From Escherichia coli (GTDB lineage: Bacteria > Pseudomonadota > Gammaproteobacteria > Enterobacterales > Enterobacteriaceae), in NCBI RefSeq assembly GCF_050920415.1, contig NZ_CP169309.1: a DNA stretch of 64,000 nt; one strand, 5' to 3'. Below the pieces are notes generated by a model, which saw nothing but the letters and a program-made list of their open reading frames with translations, was not told the origin of the DNA and did no database searches. This document shows, piece by piece, positions 10,169 to 20,947 of the stretch (the first letter of the stretch is position 1; every line of letters begins with the position of its first letter). A program made the position numbers and the translations under genes.

Positions 10169-11779
10169 TCAGTTGTCGCCTTTGAATACGGTTCCAGCAG
10201 GAAGCACTGGCGCTTTTCCCGGGGCTTCAACCGGTGTCTGCGGGAGATAATGTTCAACTTGATGAGCTGGAATGTCGGCGTAATCCTGTTTCAGCCAGCG
10301 AATAAATCCGCCGACTTTCACCAGTAAAATGGCGAGGAAGGGAAGGGCAGTGAGGACGACGGTAGTTTTCATTGTTTCCAGCGAAGCACCGGTAAACAAG
10401 ATGGAAAGCGGGATCAGAGTGATCACTACGCACCAGAACAGACGCAGCCCACGGTCAGGATCGTCACCTTCCTGGAGATTACGCGTGCTGGTCGCCGCCA
10501 TGGTGTAAGCCACCGCATCCATATGCGAGGCGAGGAAGATAATCATCACGCCCAGGTATGCGGCGAGGAACAATTTACCGGCTGGCAACGACATCAGAAC
10601 TTGCTGCACAGCTGTTTCGCCGCCCAGTGTTTCCAGCACCTGTGGGACGTTGATTACGCCATTGATAAACTGATGAATGGCATAGCTTTCCATTACACCG
10701 AAGAAGAACCAGCAACCGACAGTGCTGCCGAGGATCAGTCCCCAGATAACTTCTTTAATCTTTCGACCGCGCGAAACGCGGGTGACAAACATTGCTACGC
10801 CAGGGGTGTATGAGATCCACCACAGCCAGTAGAAAACGGTCCAGTTGCGGGTAAATGAACCATCGCCAAGCGGATCGGTGAATAAGCTCATTTGCAGGAA
10901 GTTTTGCGTGGTCAGGCCGATGGCATTGATGATGCTGTTGGTAATAAATTCGGTTGGACCGACAATCAGCACCAGTAATGGCAGCAGGAATGCGCCCCAG
11001 CCAACCATTTTGCTTAGACGTTGCAAACCGTTGTTGATACCAATCCACGAGCTTAGGCAAAAAATGCCGCCGGAAAGCAGGATCACAAATGCCTGTACGG
11101 TAAAGTTATCGGGTAAACCGGTCAGCGCGGAAAGCCCACGGGTAAAGGTTGCTGCGGTGACAACAAGGGAAATGGTCAGTGCGCCGACAGTGGCGATCAG
11201 GAACATCAAATCGACCAGTTTCCCCCACGGGCCTTGCGGGCGAACGCCGGTAATAGCAGCAATAATGCCGGAAAGGCTCAGCCCTTTATTTTTCCGCACA
11301 TGAAAGTGATAAGCCATGATTAATGAGGCCAGCGTATAAGTTGCCCAGGCGCTGATGCCCCAGTGGAAGAAGGAGTAGGGAACGCTAAATTCGAGTGCCT
11401 GTTGTGAACGCGGTGCGATATTTAATCCAGGCGTTTGATAATAATAGGCCCATTCAGCAACCCCCCAATAAAGCGTAGAAGAACCTAAACCTGCACAAAT
11501 AAACATAAACAGCCAGGAGAGCGTGCTGTATTCCGGTTTTCCTTCGCCAAGACGAATATTGCCGTATTTACTGGTGGCTAAATAAATCACCAGTCCCATT
11601 GCCAGCAAAACCAATACCTGTACGGCGGAACCTAACGTACGCGTGACAAAAGTGTATATAGCGTTTGCCGCGTCGGCCGATTGTTGTGGGAAAAGGCTTA
11701 ATGCAGCTGCGATGAAAAGAATGGCCACCAGGCTGATGCTTATCAACGGCACATCTTTTTTCTTAACATTGCTCATCAT
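10169..11779 (-). CDS. yeaV: YeaV, BCCT-family (betaine/carnitine/choline) transporter
   Basis: Membrane protein with CaiT/BetT-like conserved stretches ([21 protein letters not shown]). The start is uncertain. The full ORF is 536 aa, whereas I recall the reference annotation as shorter (about 481 aa). Confidence 0.85.
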   Translation of the reverse strand: MMSNVKKKDVPLISISLVAILFIAAALSLFPQQSADAANAIYTFVTRTLGSAVQVLVLLAMGLVIYLATSKYGNIRLGEGKPEYSTLSWLFMFICAGLGSSTLYWGVAEWAYYYQTPGLNIAPRSQQALEFSVPYSFFHWGISAWATYTLASLIMAYHFHVRKNKGLSLSGIIAAITGVRPQGPWGKLVDLMFLIATVGALTISLVVTAATFTRGLSALTGLPDNFTVQAFVILLSGGIFCLSSWIGINNGLQRLSKMVGWGAFLLPLLVLIVGPTEFITNSIINAIGLTTQNFLQMSLFTDPLGDGSFTRNWTVFYWLWWISYTPGVAMFVTRVSRGRKIKEVIWGLILGSTVGCWFFFGVMESYAIHQFINGVINVPQVLETLGGETAVQQVLMSLPAGKLFLAAYLGVMIIFLASHMDAVAYTMAATSTRNLQEGDDPDRGLRLFWCVVITLIPLSILFTGASLETMKTTVVLTALPFLAILLVKVGGFIRWLKQDYADIPAHQVEHYLPQTPVEAPGKAPVLPAGTVFKGDN

Positions 11780-11982
11780 GAGTCATCTCCTGGGCATAAA
11801 AGCCCGCCTCTGGCTTTTGCCAGTTGTAATTATTTGCAGGGTATGAGTTGTATGTTGTGTTTAACAAATTGATTATTTACATGTTACATAAATTAAACAA
11901 TTAAGAATACGGAAAGCCATAAAACACGAAACGGAAACAATAAAAGGTGAAATGACGCAGGTTATTTACTGCAAAGAACGAA

Positions 11983-12009
11983 TAAAAAAACCGCGTCAGT
12001 GACGCGGTT
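11983..12009 (-). terminator. Intrinsic terminator of dmlA
   Basis: Minus strand reads aaccgcgtcactgacgcggtt followed by TTTTTTT. Confidence 0.8.
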
Positions 12010-12028
12010 CAAATAAACTGGTTTGACC

Positions 12029-13114
12029 TTAACGCAAAATAATTTTGCAAATCGCGTCGGCAACCTGTGGCGTGGTGGCATTGCCTTTCATATCAGGTGT
12101 TTTCGGCCCGTGAGCAATCACTTCTTCAATCGCGGCCAGAATACCGTTATGCGCTTGCTGGAAACGCTCATCGCCATTGCCGAGAAAATCGAGCATCATT
12201 GCACCGGCCCAAATCGTGGCGATAGGGTTAGCAATATTTTTCCCGTAGATATCCGGCGCGGAACCGTGGACTGGCTCGAAGAGCGACGGGAAAGTGCGTT
12301 CCGGATTCAGGTTGGCGGATGGGGCAATGCCAATGGTGCCGGTGCAGGCCGGGCCAAGATCGGAAAGGATATCGCCAAACAAATTGGACGCCACTACCAC
12401 ATCGAAGCGTTCCGGCTGCATCACAAAACGTGCGCAGAGAATGTCAATATGCTGCTTGTCCCAGCGGATCTCCGGGTAATTCTCAGCCATTGCTTCCACT
12501 CGCTCATCCCAATACGGCATGCTGATGGCTAAACCGTTCGATTTAGTGGCAGAAGTTAGCGTCTTACGTGGGCGGCTTTGCGCAAGTTCAAAGGCATAGC
12601 GCAAAATACGATCGACACCACGACGAGTAAATACCGATTCCTGAATGACGACTTCATGCTCTGTACCTTCATTCACTCTACCGCCGAGCGAGGAATATTC
12701 GCCTTCGGTGTTTTCCCTGACCACGTAAAAATCGATGTCGCCAGGCTGTTTTCCCGCCAGCGGGCAGGGAACGCCAGGAAAGAGACGAACCGGGCGCAGG
12801 TTGACGTACTGGTCGAACTCACGACGAAATTTCAGCAGCGAACCCCACAACGAAATATGGTCCGGAACGGTATCCGGCCAGCCGGCGGCACCAAAATAGA
12901 TGGCGTCGAAACGGCTAAGTTGCTCATGCCAGTCGTCCGGCATCATTTTACCGTGATGGCTGTAATACTCGCAGCTCGCCCACTCCATTTGCTCAAAACT
13001 CAAGGCGAAGCCCCAGCGCTCAGCGGCAGCCTGTAACACGCGAATCCCTTCAGGAAGGACTTCTTTGCCAATCCCGTCTCCCGGGATCGCAGCAATACGC
13101 ATCGTTTTCATCAT
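12029..13114 (-). CDS. dmlA: D-malate dehydrogenase (decarboxylating), DmlA/YeaU
   Basis: 361 aa. Isocitrate/isopropylmalate dehydrogenase family (MMKTMRIAAIPGDGIGKEV...). Confidence 0.92.
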   Translation of the reverse strand: MMKTMRIAAIPGDGIGKEVLPEGIRVLQAAAERWGFALSFEQMEWASCEYYSHHGKMMPDDWHEQLSRFDAIYFGAAGWPDTVPDHISLWGSLLKFRREFDQYVNLRPVRLFPGVPCPLAGKQPGDIDFYVVRENTEGEYSSLGGRVNEGTEHEVVIQESVFTRRGVDRILRYAFELAQSRPRKTLTSATKSNGLAISMPYWDERVEAMAENYPEIRWDKQHIDILCARFVMQPERFDVVVASNLFGDILSDLGPACTGTIGIAPSANLNPERTFPSLFEPVHGSAPDIYGKNIANPIATIWAGAMMLDFLGNGDERFQQAHNGILAAIEEVIAHGPKTPDMKGNATTPQVADAICKIILR

Positions 13115-13216
13115 TGGGTTCTCACTTCCTGACCATCAAAATTGACAACCTCACCATCCTATAATTGACTGAAAAGGAATTAATCCCCGCAACTGGTGAA
13201 ACATAAAACACGAATC

Positions 13217-14140
13217 ATGAATAATTTACCGCTGCTGAACGATTTGCGCGTCTTTATGCTGGTGGCTCGCCGGGCTGGTTTTGCCGCTGTGGCGGAAGAA
13301 TTGGGTGTTTCACCGGCTTTTGTCAGCAAACGCATTGCCTTGCTGGAACAAACGCTAAATGTGGTGTTGTTACACCGTACCACCCGCCGCGTCACCATTA
13401 CCGAAGAAGGAGAGCGGATTTATGAATGGGCGCAGCGGATTTTGCAGGATGTCGGCCAGATGATGGACGAACTTTCTGACGTGCGTCAGGTGCCGCAGGG
13501 GATGCTGCGTATTATCAGCAGCTTTGGTTTTGGACGACAGGTAGTGGCTCCGGCGTTATCAGCGCTGGCGAAAGCGTATCCGCAACTGGAATTACGTTTT
13601 GATGTGGAAGACCGGTTGGTCGATTTGGTCAATGAAGGTGTCGATCTCGACATTCGCATTGGCGATGACATCGCCCCTAATTTAATCGCCCGCAAACTGG
13701 CGACCAATTACCGTATTCTCTGCGCATCGCCGGAATTTATTGCGCAATATGGCACGCCGAAACATTTAACCGACCTTTCTGCATTGCCGTGCCTGGTCAT
13801 TAAAGAGCGCGATCATCCTTTTGGTATCTGGCAATTACGCAATAAAGAAGGCCACCATGCGATTAAAGTCACCGGCCCGCTGTCGTCTAATCATGGAGAA
13901 ATTGTTCATCAGTGGTGTCTTGATGGTCAGGGGATTGCGCTACGCTCCTGGTGGGATGTCAGCGAAAATATTGCCAGTGGTCATTTAGTGCAAGTGCTAC
14001 CGGAGTATTACCAGCCAGCAAATGTCTGGGCCGTTTATGTTTCAAGGCTGGCGACGTCAGCGAAAGTGCGGATAACGGTAGAATTTTTACGCCAGTATTT
14101 TGCCGAGCACTACCCGAATTTTTCACTGGAGCATGCCTGA
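13217..14140 (+). CDS. dmlR: LysR-family regulator DmlR/YeaT (307 aa)
   Basis: MNNLPLLNDLRVFMLVARR... HTH domain. Divergent from dmlA. Confidence 0.9.
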   Translation: MNNLPLLNDLRVFMLVARRAGFAAVAEELGVSPAFVSKRIALLEQTLNVVLLHRTTRRVTITEEGERIYEWAQRILQDVGQMMDELSDVRQVPQGMLRIISSFGFGRQVVAPALSALAKAYPQLELRFDVEDRLVDLVNEGVDLDIRIGDDIAPNLIARKLATNYRILCASPEFIAQYGTPKHLTDLSALPCLVIKERDHPFGIWQLRNKEGHHAIKVTGPLSSNHGEIVHQWCLDGQGIALRSWWDVSENIASGHLVQVLPEYYQPANVWAVYVSRLATSAKVRITVEFLRQYFAEHYPNFSLEHA

Positions 14141-14197
14141 TTAATGATTCAATTATCGGGTTGATATCGGGTTAAAACCTGATTTTCTCCTTTCTAA

Positions 14198-14905
<708 letters not shown>

Positions 14906-14911
14906 TGCTTT

Positions 14912-14945
14912 CAGCCCGCGTTATCGCGGGCTTCCTGCCTGTAAT
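14912..14945 (+). terminator. Stem-loop terminator after leuE
   Basis: agcccgcgttatcgcgggct hairpin followed by a T-containing tail. Weaker U-tract. Confidence 0.5.
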
Positions 14946-14988
14946 CTTTCCTTATTCATCGCTGATACGGTGCTAAAAAGTAACCAAT

Positions 14989-15011
14989 AAATGGTATTTA
15001 AAATGCAAATT
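14989..15011 (+). promoter_or_regulatory. NsrR operator (11-1-11 inverted repeat) in the yeaR-yoaG promoter
   Basis: AAATGGTATTT-A-AAATGCAAATT, compared with the NsrR consensus AAnATGCATTT-n-AAATGCATnTT as I recall it. Located about 65 bp upstream of yeaR, a known NsrR/NO-responsive operon. Confidence 0.6.
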
Positions 15012-15077
15012 ATCAGGCGTACCCTGAAACGGCTGAAATAAACTGTTTTCAGCACATTCATCGAAGGAGGGAAAAGG

Positions 15078-15437
15078 ATGCTGCAAATCCCACAGAATTA
15101 TATTCATACGCGCTCAACGCCTTTCTGGAATAAACAAACTGCGCCTGCCGGAATATTCGAACGTCATCTTGATAAAGGAACGCGCCCGGGGGTATACCCA
15201 CGCCTTTCCGTTATGCATGGGGCGGTCAAATATCTCGGCTACGCTGATGAACACAGTGCAGAACCTGATCAGGTGATCCTTATCGAAGCGGGGCAGTTTG
15301 CGGTGTTTCCGCCAGAAAAGTGGCACAACATTGAAACCATGACTGACGATACTTATTTCAACATTGACTTCTTCGTTGCTCCTGAAGTCCTGATGGAAGG
15401 CGCGCAACAACGGAAAGTCATTCATAACGGGAAATGA
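15078..15437 (+). CDS. yeaR: YeaR, DUF1971 protein (NO/nitrate-induced)
   Basis: 119 aa. Synteny with yoaG. Confidence 0.9.
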   Translation: MLQIPQNYIHTRSTPFWNKQTAPAGIFERHLDKGTRPGVYPRLSVMHGAVKYLGYADEHSAEPDQVILIEAGQFAVFPPEKWHNIETMTDDTYFNIDFFVAPEVLMEGAQQRKVIHNGK

Positions 15438-15440
15438 ATC

Positions 15441-15623
15441 ATGGGCAAAGCAACGTATACCGTGACCGTTACCAATAACAGCAATGGTGTTTCTGTCGAT
15501 TATGAAACAGAGACGCCGATGACTTTGCTGGTGCCAGAAGTGGCGGCTGAAGTGATAAAAGATCTGGTGAATACCGTGCGTTCTTATGACACGGAAAACG
15601 AACATGATGTTTGTGGTTGGTAA
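15441..15623 (+). CDS. yoaG: YoaG, DUF1869 small protein (60 aa)
   Basis: MGKATYTVTVTNNSNGVSVDYETETP... Starts 4 nt after the yeaR stop. Confidence 0.88.
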   Translation: MGKATYTVTVTNNSNGVSVDYETETPMTLLVPEVAAEVIKDLVNTVRSYDTENEHDVCGW

Positions 15624-15770
15624 TTATCACTGATCGTAGATGGCGCAATTTCTGCGCCATCGCAAAAAAATCCTCCGTGATGCTTGTCACAAATCTTGCC
15701 CTCCTGATGTTGTGCTATGCTTTTTATCAGCGACTAACCCGCTAATGCAAAACAGATAAGTGAGGAAACA

Positions 15771-16019
15771 ATGGGCATTCTGTCATGGATTATTTTTGGG
15801 CTTATTGCCGGTATTCTGGCGAAGTGGATCATGCCAGGTAAAGATGGTGGTGGATTCTTTATGACTATCCTGCTGGGAATAGTCGGTGCCGTAGTCGGCG
15901 GATGGATCAGCACGCTGTTTGGCTTTGGTAAAGTCGATGGCTTCAATTTTGGCAGCTTCGTGGTTGCCGTTATTGGTGCGATTGTCGTGCTGTTTATCTA
16001 CAGAAAGATCAAAAGTTAA
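15771..16019 (+). CDS. yeaQ: YeaQ, GlsB/YeaQ/YmgE-family small membrane protein (82 aa)
   Basis: MGILSWIIFGLIAGILAKWIMPG... Glycine-zipper transmembrane helices. Confidence 0.9.
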   Translation: MGILSWIIFGLIAGILAKWIMPGKDGGGFFMTILLGIVGAVVGGWISTLFGFGKVDGFNFGSFVVAVIGAIVVLFIYRKIKS

Positions 16020-16032
16020 CGCGTAAATTGCA

Positions 16033-16067
16033 CAAAGGCTGCACACAGGCAGCCTTTGCTATTTTTT
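16033..16067 (+). terminator. Intrinsic terminator of yeaQ
   Basis: caaaggctgc-acacag-gcagcctttg hairpin followed by CTATTTTTT. Confidence 0.8.
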
Positions 16068-16077
16068 AGATGTGACG

Positions 16078-16152
16078 TTACCACCATCCCAACTCAGTGC
16101 CGAGAACGACAATAATCGCTACGCCCATCATAATAATCGTTGTTTTTTTCAT
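16078..16152 (-). CDS. yoaJ: YoaJ, 24-aa small membrane protein
   Basis: Minus-strand translation MKKTTIIMMGVAIIVVLGTELGWW*. Below the ORF-track size cutoff. Confidence 0.75.
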   Translation of the reverse strand: MKKTTIIMMGVAIIVVLGTELGWW

Positions 16153-16154
16153 CT

Positions 16155-16253
16155 TTATGCTCCCGGGGCAGCATAGCCGCCAATAAAAAACCATGCTAAA
16201 AATACGACCGCTGTAATAAAGATTACAACCGGAAAAATAATACCGATTCGCAT
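16155..16253 (-). CDS. yoaK: YoaK, 32-aa small membrane protein
   Basis: Minus-strand translation MRIGIIFPVVIFITAVVFLAWFFIGGYAAPGA*. Its stop lies 2 nt upstream of the yoaJ start. Confidence 0.75.
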   Translation of the reverse strand: MRIGIIFPVVIFITAVVFLAWFFIGGYAAPGA

Positions 16254-16285
16254 GTTATCACCAATCAAAAGGATGTGAATACGCC

Positions 16286-17311
16286 TCAGGAATGTAGCAC
16301 TGAATGCGCGACAAAAGGTGTTTTCTGTTTGTGTTTTTTCTCCTGATACATCGCGATATCGGCAGCATGCAGGGCGCTGTCTGCATCGGTCGTTTCAGGA
16401 TCGACTTCTACTATGCCAAGACTGGCACCAGGATAATACAAATCAACATCACCTAAGTGATATTCTCCGCGTATTTGCTGTTGAATACGTTCTCGCAGCG
16501 ATGGAATATCCGCATTCTCATTGTTCAGTGAAACAACCAAAAACTCATCACCGCCGAGACGACCAATAACTTCGCCATTTTGCTGGAGCGTATTAAGGCG
16601 CTCGCCAACCTGAATAAGAAACAGATCGCCACTATTATGACCAAAACGATCATTGATTAATTTGAAGTTATCCAGATCGATAAATGCGATCATTATCTTA
16701 TGGTTAAGATGCCGGGCGAGGGAAAACAGCGTCGTCAGATTTTCAAAAATCGCCCGCCGATTTGGTAACCCGGTTAACGAGTCGGTATACGATTGCGCAA
16801 TCAGCGCGGCATTGGCTTCGCGCAGCTGTTCTACCAGCGCCTCTTTTTGAATATATTGTGCAATCAGTCCGGCGAATAACTGCAAAACCTGTTCCGCGCG
16901 TTCACTCCACTGGCGCTTCTCACTGCTGGCGGCGCAAAGCGTGCCATAGAATGATCCATCCGGTAAGTGAATTGGCGTGCTCAGAAATGTGGTGATGCCA
17001 AGATTGCGTGCCGCAATACAGTCGCCCCAACGGTCGGGGACTTCATCGCTGAAAAAGCAGTTTTCATCAATGGCGCGTTTGCATAACGAGTAATCCCACG
17101 AGACGGTAAAATTCTCCGGGATGTGCATTTTCTGGCTGTTACGGGCAAACATTATATGCTGCAGGCGCGCTTCGACATCCACTTTGGTCAGGTAGGTTGA
17201 TTCCATATCAGTGACCATTTCCAGCATCTCCAGAAGCTGTCGGACCAGACTTTCCAGTGACTGTTCTTTGGCAAGGGATTGCGAGACGCGGGCGATAATC
17301 TGATCTGACAC
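16286..17311 (-). CDS. dgcP: Diguanylate cyclase DgcP/YeaP (GAF-GGDEF), 341 aa
   Basis: GTG start (VSDQIIARV...). Intact RLGGDEF motif. The ORF-track 5' extension is spurious. Confidence 0.88.
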   Translation of the reverse strand: MSDQIIARVSQSLAKEQSLESLVRQLLEMLEMVTDMESTYLTKVDVEARLQHIMFARNSQKMHIPENFTVSWDYSLCKRAIDENCFFSDEVPDRWGDCIAARNLGITTFLSTPIHLPDGSFYGTLCAASSEKRQWSERAEQVLQLFAGLIAQYIQKEALVEQLREANAALIAQSYTDSLTGLPNRRAIFENLTTLFSLARHLNHKIMIAFIDLDNFKLINDRFGHNSGDLFLIQVGERLNTLQQNGEVIGRLGGDEFLVVSLNNENADIPSLRERIQQQIRGEYHLGDVDLYYPGASLGIVEVDPETTDADSALHAADIAMYQEKKHKQKTPFVAHSVLHS

Positions 17312-17493
17312 GAAACAACTCCAGGATACGGCGGGTAAATGCTGATTATTTAATCTTTGCAGGCATGATAAAACATCATCAACAAAGATGAAACAAGGCG
17401 TAATATGATTTGAGTGAATGTAATAAAAATAGTGCTGCAAAACAAAACGATACCGCGATACTCTAAGCCTGGATAAATATGTGAGATCAATAA

Positions 17494-17748
17494 ATGAAAA
17501 TTATCAGTTTTGTTCTGCCTTGCTTGCTGGTCCTGGCTGGTTGTTCAACCCCTTCTCAGCCAGAAGCACCTAAACCGCCGCAGATTGGTATGGCAAATCC
17601 GGCGTCGGTCTATTGCCAGCAGAAGGGCGGGACGCTCATTCCTGTGCAGACAGCGCAAGGGGTCAGCAACAATTGCAAATTACCGGGCGGTGAAACGATT
17701 GATGAATGGGCATTGTGGCGACGGGACCATCCGGCTGGTGAAAAATAA
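17494..17748 (+). CDS. yoaF: YoaF, DUF333 lipoprotein (84 aa)
   Basis: Signal peptide with lipobox LLVLAGCS. Confidence 0.88.
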   Translation: MKIISFVLPCLLVLAGCSTPSQPEAPKPPQIGMANPASVYCQQKGGTLIPVQTAQGVSNNCKLPGGETIDEWALWRRDHPAGEK

Positions 17749-17769
17749 CCGCCGGATGCTGCACTAAAA

Positions 17770-18117
17770 TCACAAGCTACGTAGCCAGTCGGCCAGCACC
17801 AGCGCATGGTTCTGCGTGGTGTTTTTTGCTGAGTAGAGCAGGGTCAGCGGCTGTTTTTTGGCGATGTCTGCCAGCCGCTTTCCTTCTTGCTCGTGTTGCG
17901 TCAGTTCTGCAAGATATTGCTCGCGAAAGGTTGCAAAATCGACGACTTCGCCGTGAAAGGCTTTGCGCAGTTCCGTTGACGGCGTGATTTCTTTATCCCA
18001 CTCATCAAGGGCTAAATCGGTTTTTTTGATACCGCGTGGCCAGAGGCGGTCGACCAGTACGCGATAACCATCGCTCTGTTCAGCCGGATCATAAACGCGT
18101 TTGCACTGAATATTCAT
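17770..18117 (-). CDS. yeaO: YeaO, DUF488 protein (115 aa)
   Basis: MNIQCKRVYDPAEQSDGYRVLVDRLWPRGIKK... Confidence 0.88.
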   Translation of the reverse strand: MNIQCKRVYDPAEQSDGYRVLVDRLWPRGIKKTDLALDEWDKEITPSTELRKAFHGEVVDFATFREQYLAELTQHEQEGKRLADIAKKQPLTLLYSAKNTTQNHALVLADWLRSL

Positions 18118-18171
18118 CGTATTTGTTCTCCCTTTCACGCATGATTTGTCACGTCACTATAGCACCGGATA

Positions 18172-19353
18172 TTAGCGAATTTCTTTGTCTCTCCCGGCGC
18201 AAAGTCCGAAAATCGCCATCAGTAGTGAAAGTATTGCAACACCCATCAGTGGTACGGACCAGTCACCGTTAGCATCGTGTATTTTACCCATCAGTGGCGG
18301 CCCACAGGCTGCCAGCAAATACCCGACGGATTGTGCCATCCCCGAGAGTGCCGCCGCCTGATGCGCAGAACTTGCCCGCAGACCAATGAACGTCAACCCC
18401 AGTATCATTGTTGCGCCGGAACCAAAACCGAAAAGCAGAGTCCAGGTGATCGCGTGTGCTGGCATAAAGCAGAGCCCAACCGCGCCCACTGCGCACATCA
18501 AGGCAACGAACGCTGCAATACCACGCTGATCTTTCACATGATGTAAGAAAAGTGGGATCAGCAAGCCGGGAGCTGCTGTGGCTAGTTGCAGCAAACCATG
18601 CAGTGAACCCGCCTGTGCTTCGCTATAGCCGTGACTGATGAGGATCGCCGGAAGCCAGCCAATAATCACGTAATAGACCAGTGAGTTGATCCCAAGAAAC
18701 AATGTCACCTGCCAGGCAAGCGGCGAACGCCAGATACCCCGAGTATGTAAGGCGCGTGAGGTACTCAAATTTGCATGTTGTTGACTTCGCCACTGTGGCA
18801 GCCATAAAAAAAGAGCCAGCAGAGGAAAACACATCAGCATGAGCAACGCGCCTTGCCAGCCAAAACCGTTCAAAGCCAGCGGCACTACCATAGCCGATCC
18901 CAGTGCCGCCGCAGCTCCCATTGTCAGGGAATATGCGCCGGTAAGTCTGGCGACGGAATGAGGGAAATCGCGTTTAATTAATCCTGGCAGTAAGACATTG
19001 CCTAATGCAATCCCACCGCCAATGACCGCTGTACCGCCAAATAATAAGTAAGGCGAAGGGAGAGAGCGAATTGCAATACCAGCACAGATCAAAAGTAACG
19101 CGGCAAACAGGCTACGTTCCATACCAAAACGTCGCGCCACCGGGGCGGCCAGCGGTGAGATTAGCGCAAAGGCTAATAATGGCAGGGTGGTCAATAAGCC
19201 GGTTTGCGCCGTCGTTAGCGAGTAAGCGGAACGAATCGTATCCAGTAACGGTGCTGCGCCGGTAAAGGTGACGCGTAATGTTGTGGCAATCATCAGAATG
19301 CCAGCGATAAGGACAATCCTGTTTTTACCGCTTAATGAAGTTGAACAGGTCAT
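18172..19353 (-). CDS. yeaN: YeaN, MFS transporter (393 aa)
   Basis: 12-TM major facilitator family member. Divergent from yeaM. Confidence 0.9.
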   Translation of the reverse strand: MTCSTSLSGKNRIVLIAGILMIATTLRVTFTGAAPLLDTIRSAYSLTTAQTGLLTTLPLLAFALISPLAAPVARRFGMERSLFAALLLICAGIAIRSLPSPYLLFGGTAVIGGGIALGNVLLPGLIKRDFPHSVARLTGAYSLTMGAAAALGSAMVVPLALNGFGWQGALLMLMCFPLLALFLWLPQWRSQQHANLSTSRALHTRGIWRSPLAWQVTLFLGINSLVYYVIIGWLPAILISHGYSEAQAGSLHGLLQLATAAPGLLIPLFLHHVKDQRGIAAFVALMCAVGAVGLCFMPAHAITWTLLFGFGSGATMILGLTFIGLRASSAHQAAALSGMAQSVGYLLAACGPPLMGKIHDANGDWSVPLMGVAILSLLMAIFGLCAGRDKEIR

Positions 19354-19449
19354 ATGCTTCTCATTGTCACAAACGAGGCTGTACCTTACCGTTTTTATTG
19401 TTATGTTGAATCAAGCTAAAATGACAAAATATCGCTAAATTCTGACAAA

Positions 19450-20271
19450 ATGATGCACAGGTTGAATCTCAATGGCTATGAACCCGACCGACACCATGAA
19501 GCCGCGGTCGCATTTTGTATTCACGCCGGAACGGATGAGTTAACCAGTCCTGTACATCAGCACCGCAAAGGGCAGCTGATACTGGCGCTACATGGTGCAA
19601 TTACCTGTACGGTGGAAAATGCGTTGTGGATGGTGCCGCCGCAATATGCGGTTTGGATACCGGGAGGGGTGGAACATAGCAATCAAGTGACAGCTAACGC
19701 TGAACTCTGTTTTTTGTTTATAGAGCCCAGCGCAGTGACAATGCCGACAACATGTTGCACATTGAAAATATCGCCCTTATGCCGGGAATTAATTTTAACC
19801 CTGGCAAACAGGACGACGACTCAGCGTGCTGAGCCGATGACCCGCAGATTAATTCAGGTCCTGTTTGATGAACTCCCTCAGCAGCCACAACAACAGCTGC
19901 ACCTGCCCGTTTCTTCTCATCCTAAAATCCGCACGATGGTGGAGATGATGGCGAAAGAGCCCGTTGAGTGGGGCTCATTGGGGCAATGGGCTGGCTTTTT
20001 TGCGATGAGTGAACGCAATCTTGCCCGGCTGATAGTGAAAGAGACGGGGTTGAGTTTTCGCCAGTGGCGTCAGCAGTTACAGCTGATTATGGCGCTTCAG
20101 GGATTAGTGAAAGGCGATACTGTACAGAAAGTTGCTCATACGCTGGGGTATGATTCAACAACGGCCTTTATTACTATGTTTAAGAAAGGCCTGGGGCAAA
20201 CGCCAGGCCGATATATTGCGGGATTAACTACTGTTTCCCCACAATCAGCGAAACCAGACCCGCGGCAATAA
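19450..20271 (+). CDS. yeaM: YeaM, AraC-family transcriptional regulator (273 aa)
   Basis: Cupin-like N-terminus plus a C-terminal AraC HTH domain. Confidence 0.9.
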
Positions 20272-20674
20272 GCGGGCCAACCGGTACGCCGCGAAACAGC
20301 GCCACGCCCAAAACAGTGCCCACCAGCAGCCCGGCGACCAGTTGCGGCTGGCTGCCCATTAACGTCACGCCGCGCCCACCTAGCCAGGAGACAATAACGC
20401 CTACTGCAATTGCCACCAGCGATTTCCAGTTCAGAAACGAGTGAATCAGGGTTGAGGGCGGTAGCGTCCCGCTGGCGATGGGGGCCATAACGCCAATCGT
20501 CAGAATGATTATCCCGATACTTAGCCCCTGTTTTTCAATCCACGGGAAAAAGGTGCTTAACGGTGTGACGCGGACAATGATTAACACCAGAATTGAAACG
20601 GCCACAGTGGTGTTATGACTGATAAAGCCCAGCGCAGCTAACCCGAGCAGGATCAGCAAAGTGACATCAAACAT
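20228..20674 (-). CDS. yeaL: YeaL, UPF0756 membrane protein (148 aa)
   Basis: Hydrophobic 4-TM protein. Its 3' end overlaps the yeaM 3' end convergently. Confidence 0.88.
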
Positions 20675-20842
20675 CGTGGTTTCCTTGCCAAAAAATAATA
20701 AGCCTGCTTACTTTACGCTTGCTGCAGGAAGGAAGTAGAAAATCTTTACGTTTTTTGCATAAAAAATCAGGCGAACTGTCATCAAACTGCCATTTGTACA
20801 CGCTATCAATAACGTGAAAACAGTTATCTCCCGGGGCATACC

Positions 20843-20947
20843 ATGAACGATCAAATGTTCGTTGAGACACTGATTATCACGTCATCGTTTTTTGTTATTG
20901 CTGTTGTGCTGGTTTTGTCCGTTCTGCTTATTGAACGGACAGGCTAG
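20843..20947 (+). CDS. yoaI: YoaI, 34-aa small membrane protein
   Basis: [34 protein letters not shown]. Below the ORF-track size cutoff. Confidence 0.75.
   Translation: MNDQMFVETLIITSSFFVIAVVLVLSVLLIERTG

Noticed and set aside
9013-10257. 414-aa extended version of yeaW overlapping the yeaV 3' end
   Set aside because: The conserved Rieske oxygenase begins at MSNLSPDF (10137). The upstream 40 codons overlap the yeaV stop region and are not conserved.
15640-15670. Hairpin gatggcgcaatttctgcgccatc after yoaG, considered as an intrinsic terminator
   Set aside because: The stem is followed by an A-run (GCAAAAAAA) rather than a U-tract on the + strand. On the minus strand the T-run precedes the stem. 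It is not a canonical terminator for either strand, so it is not listed as a feature.
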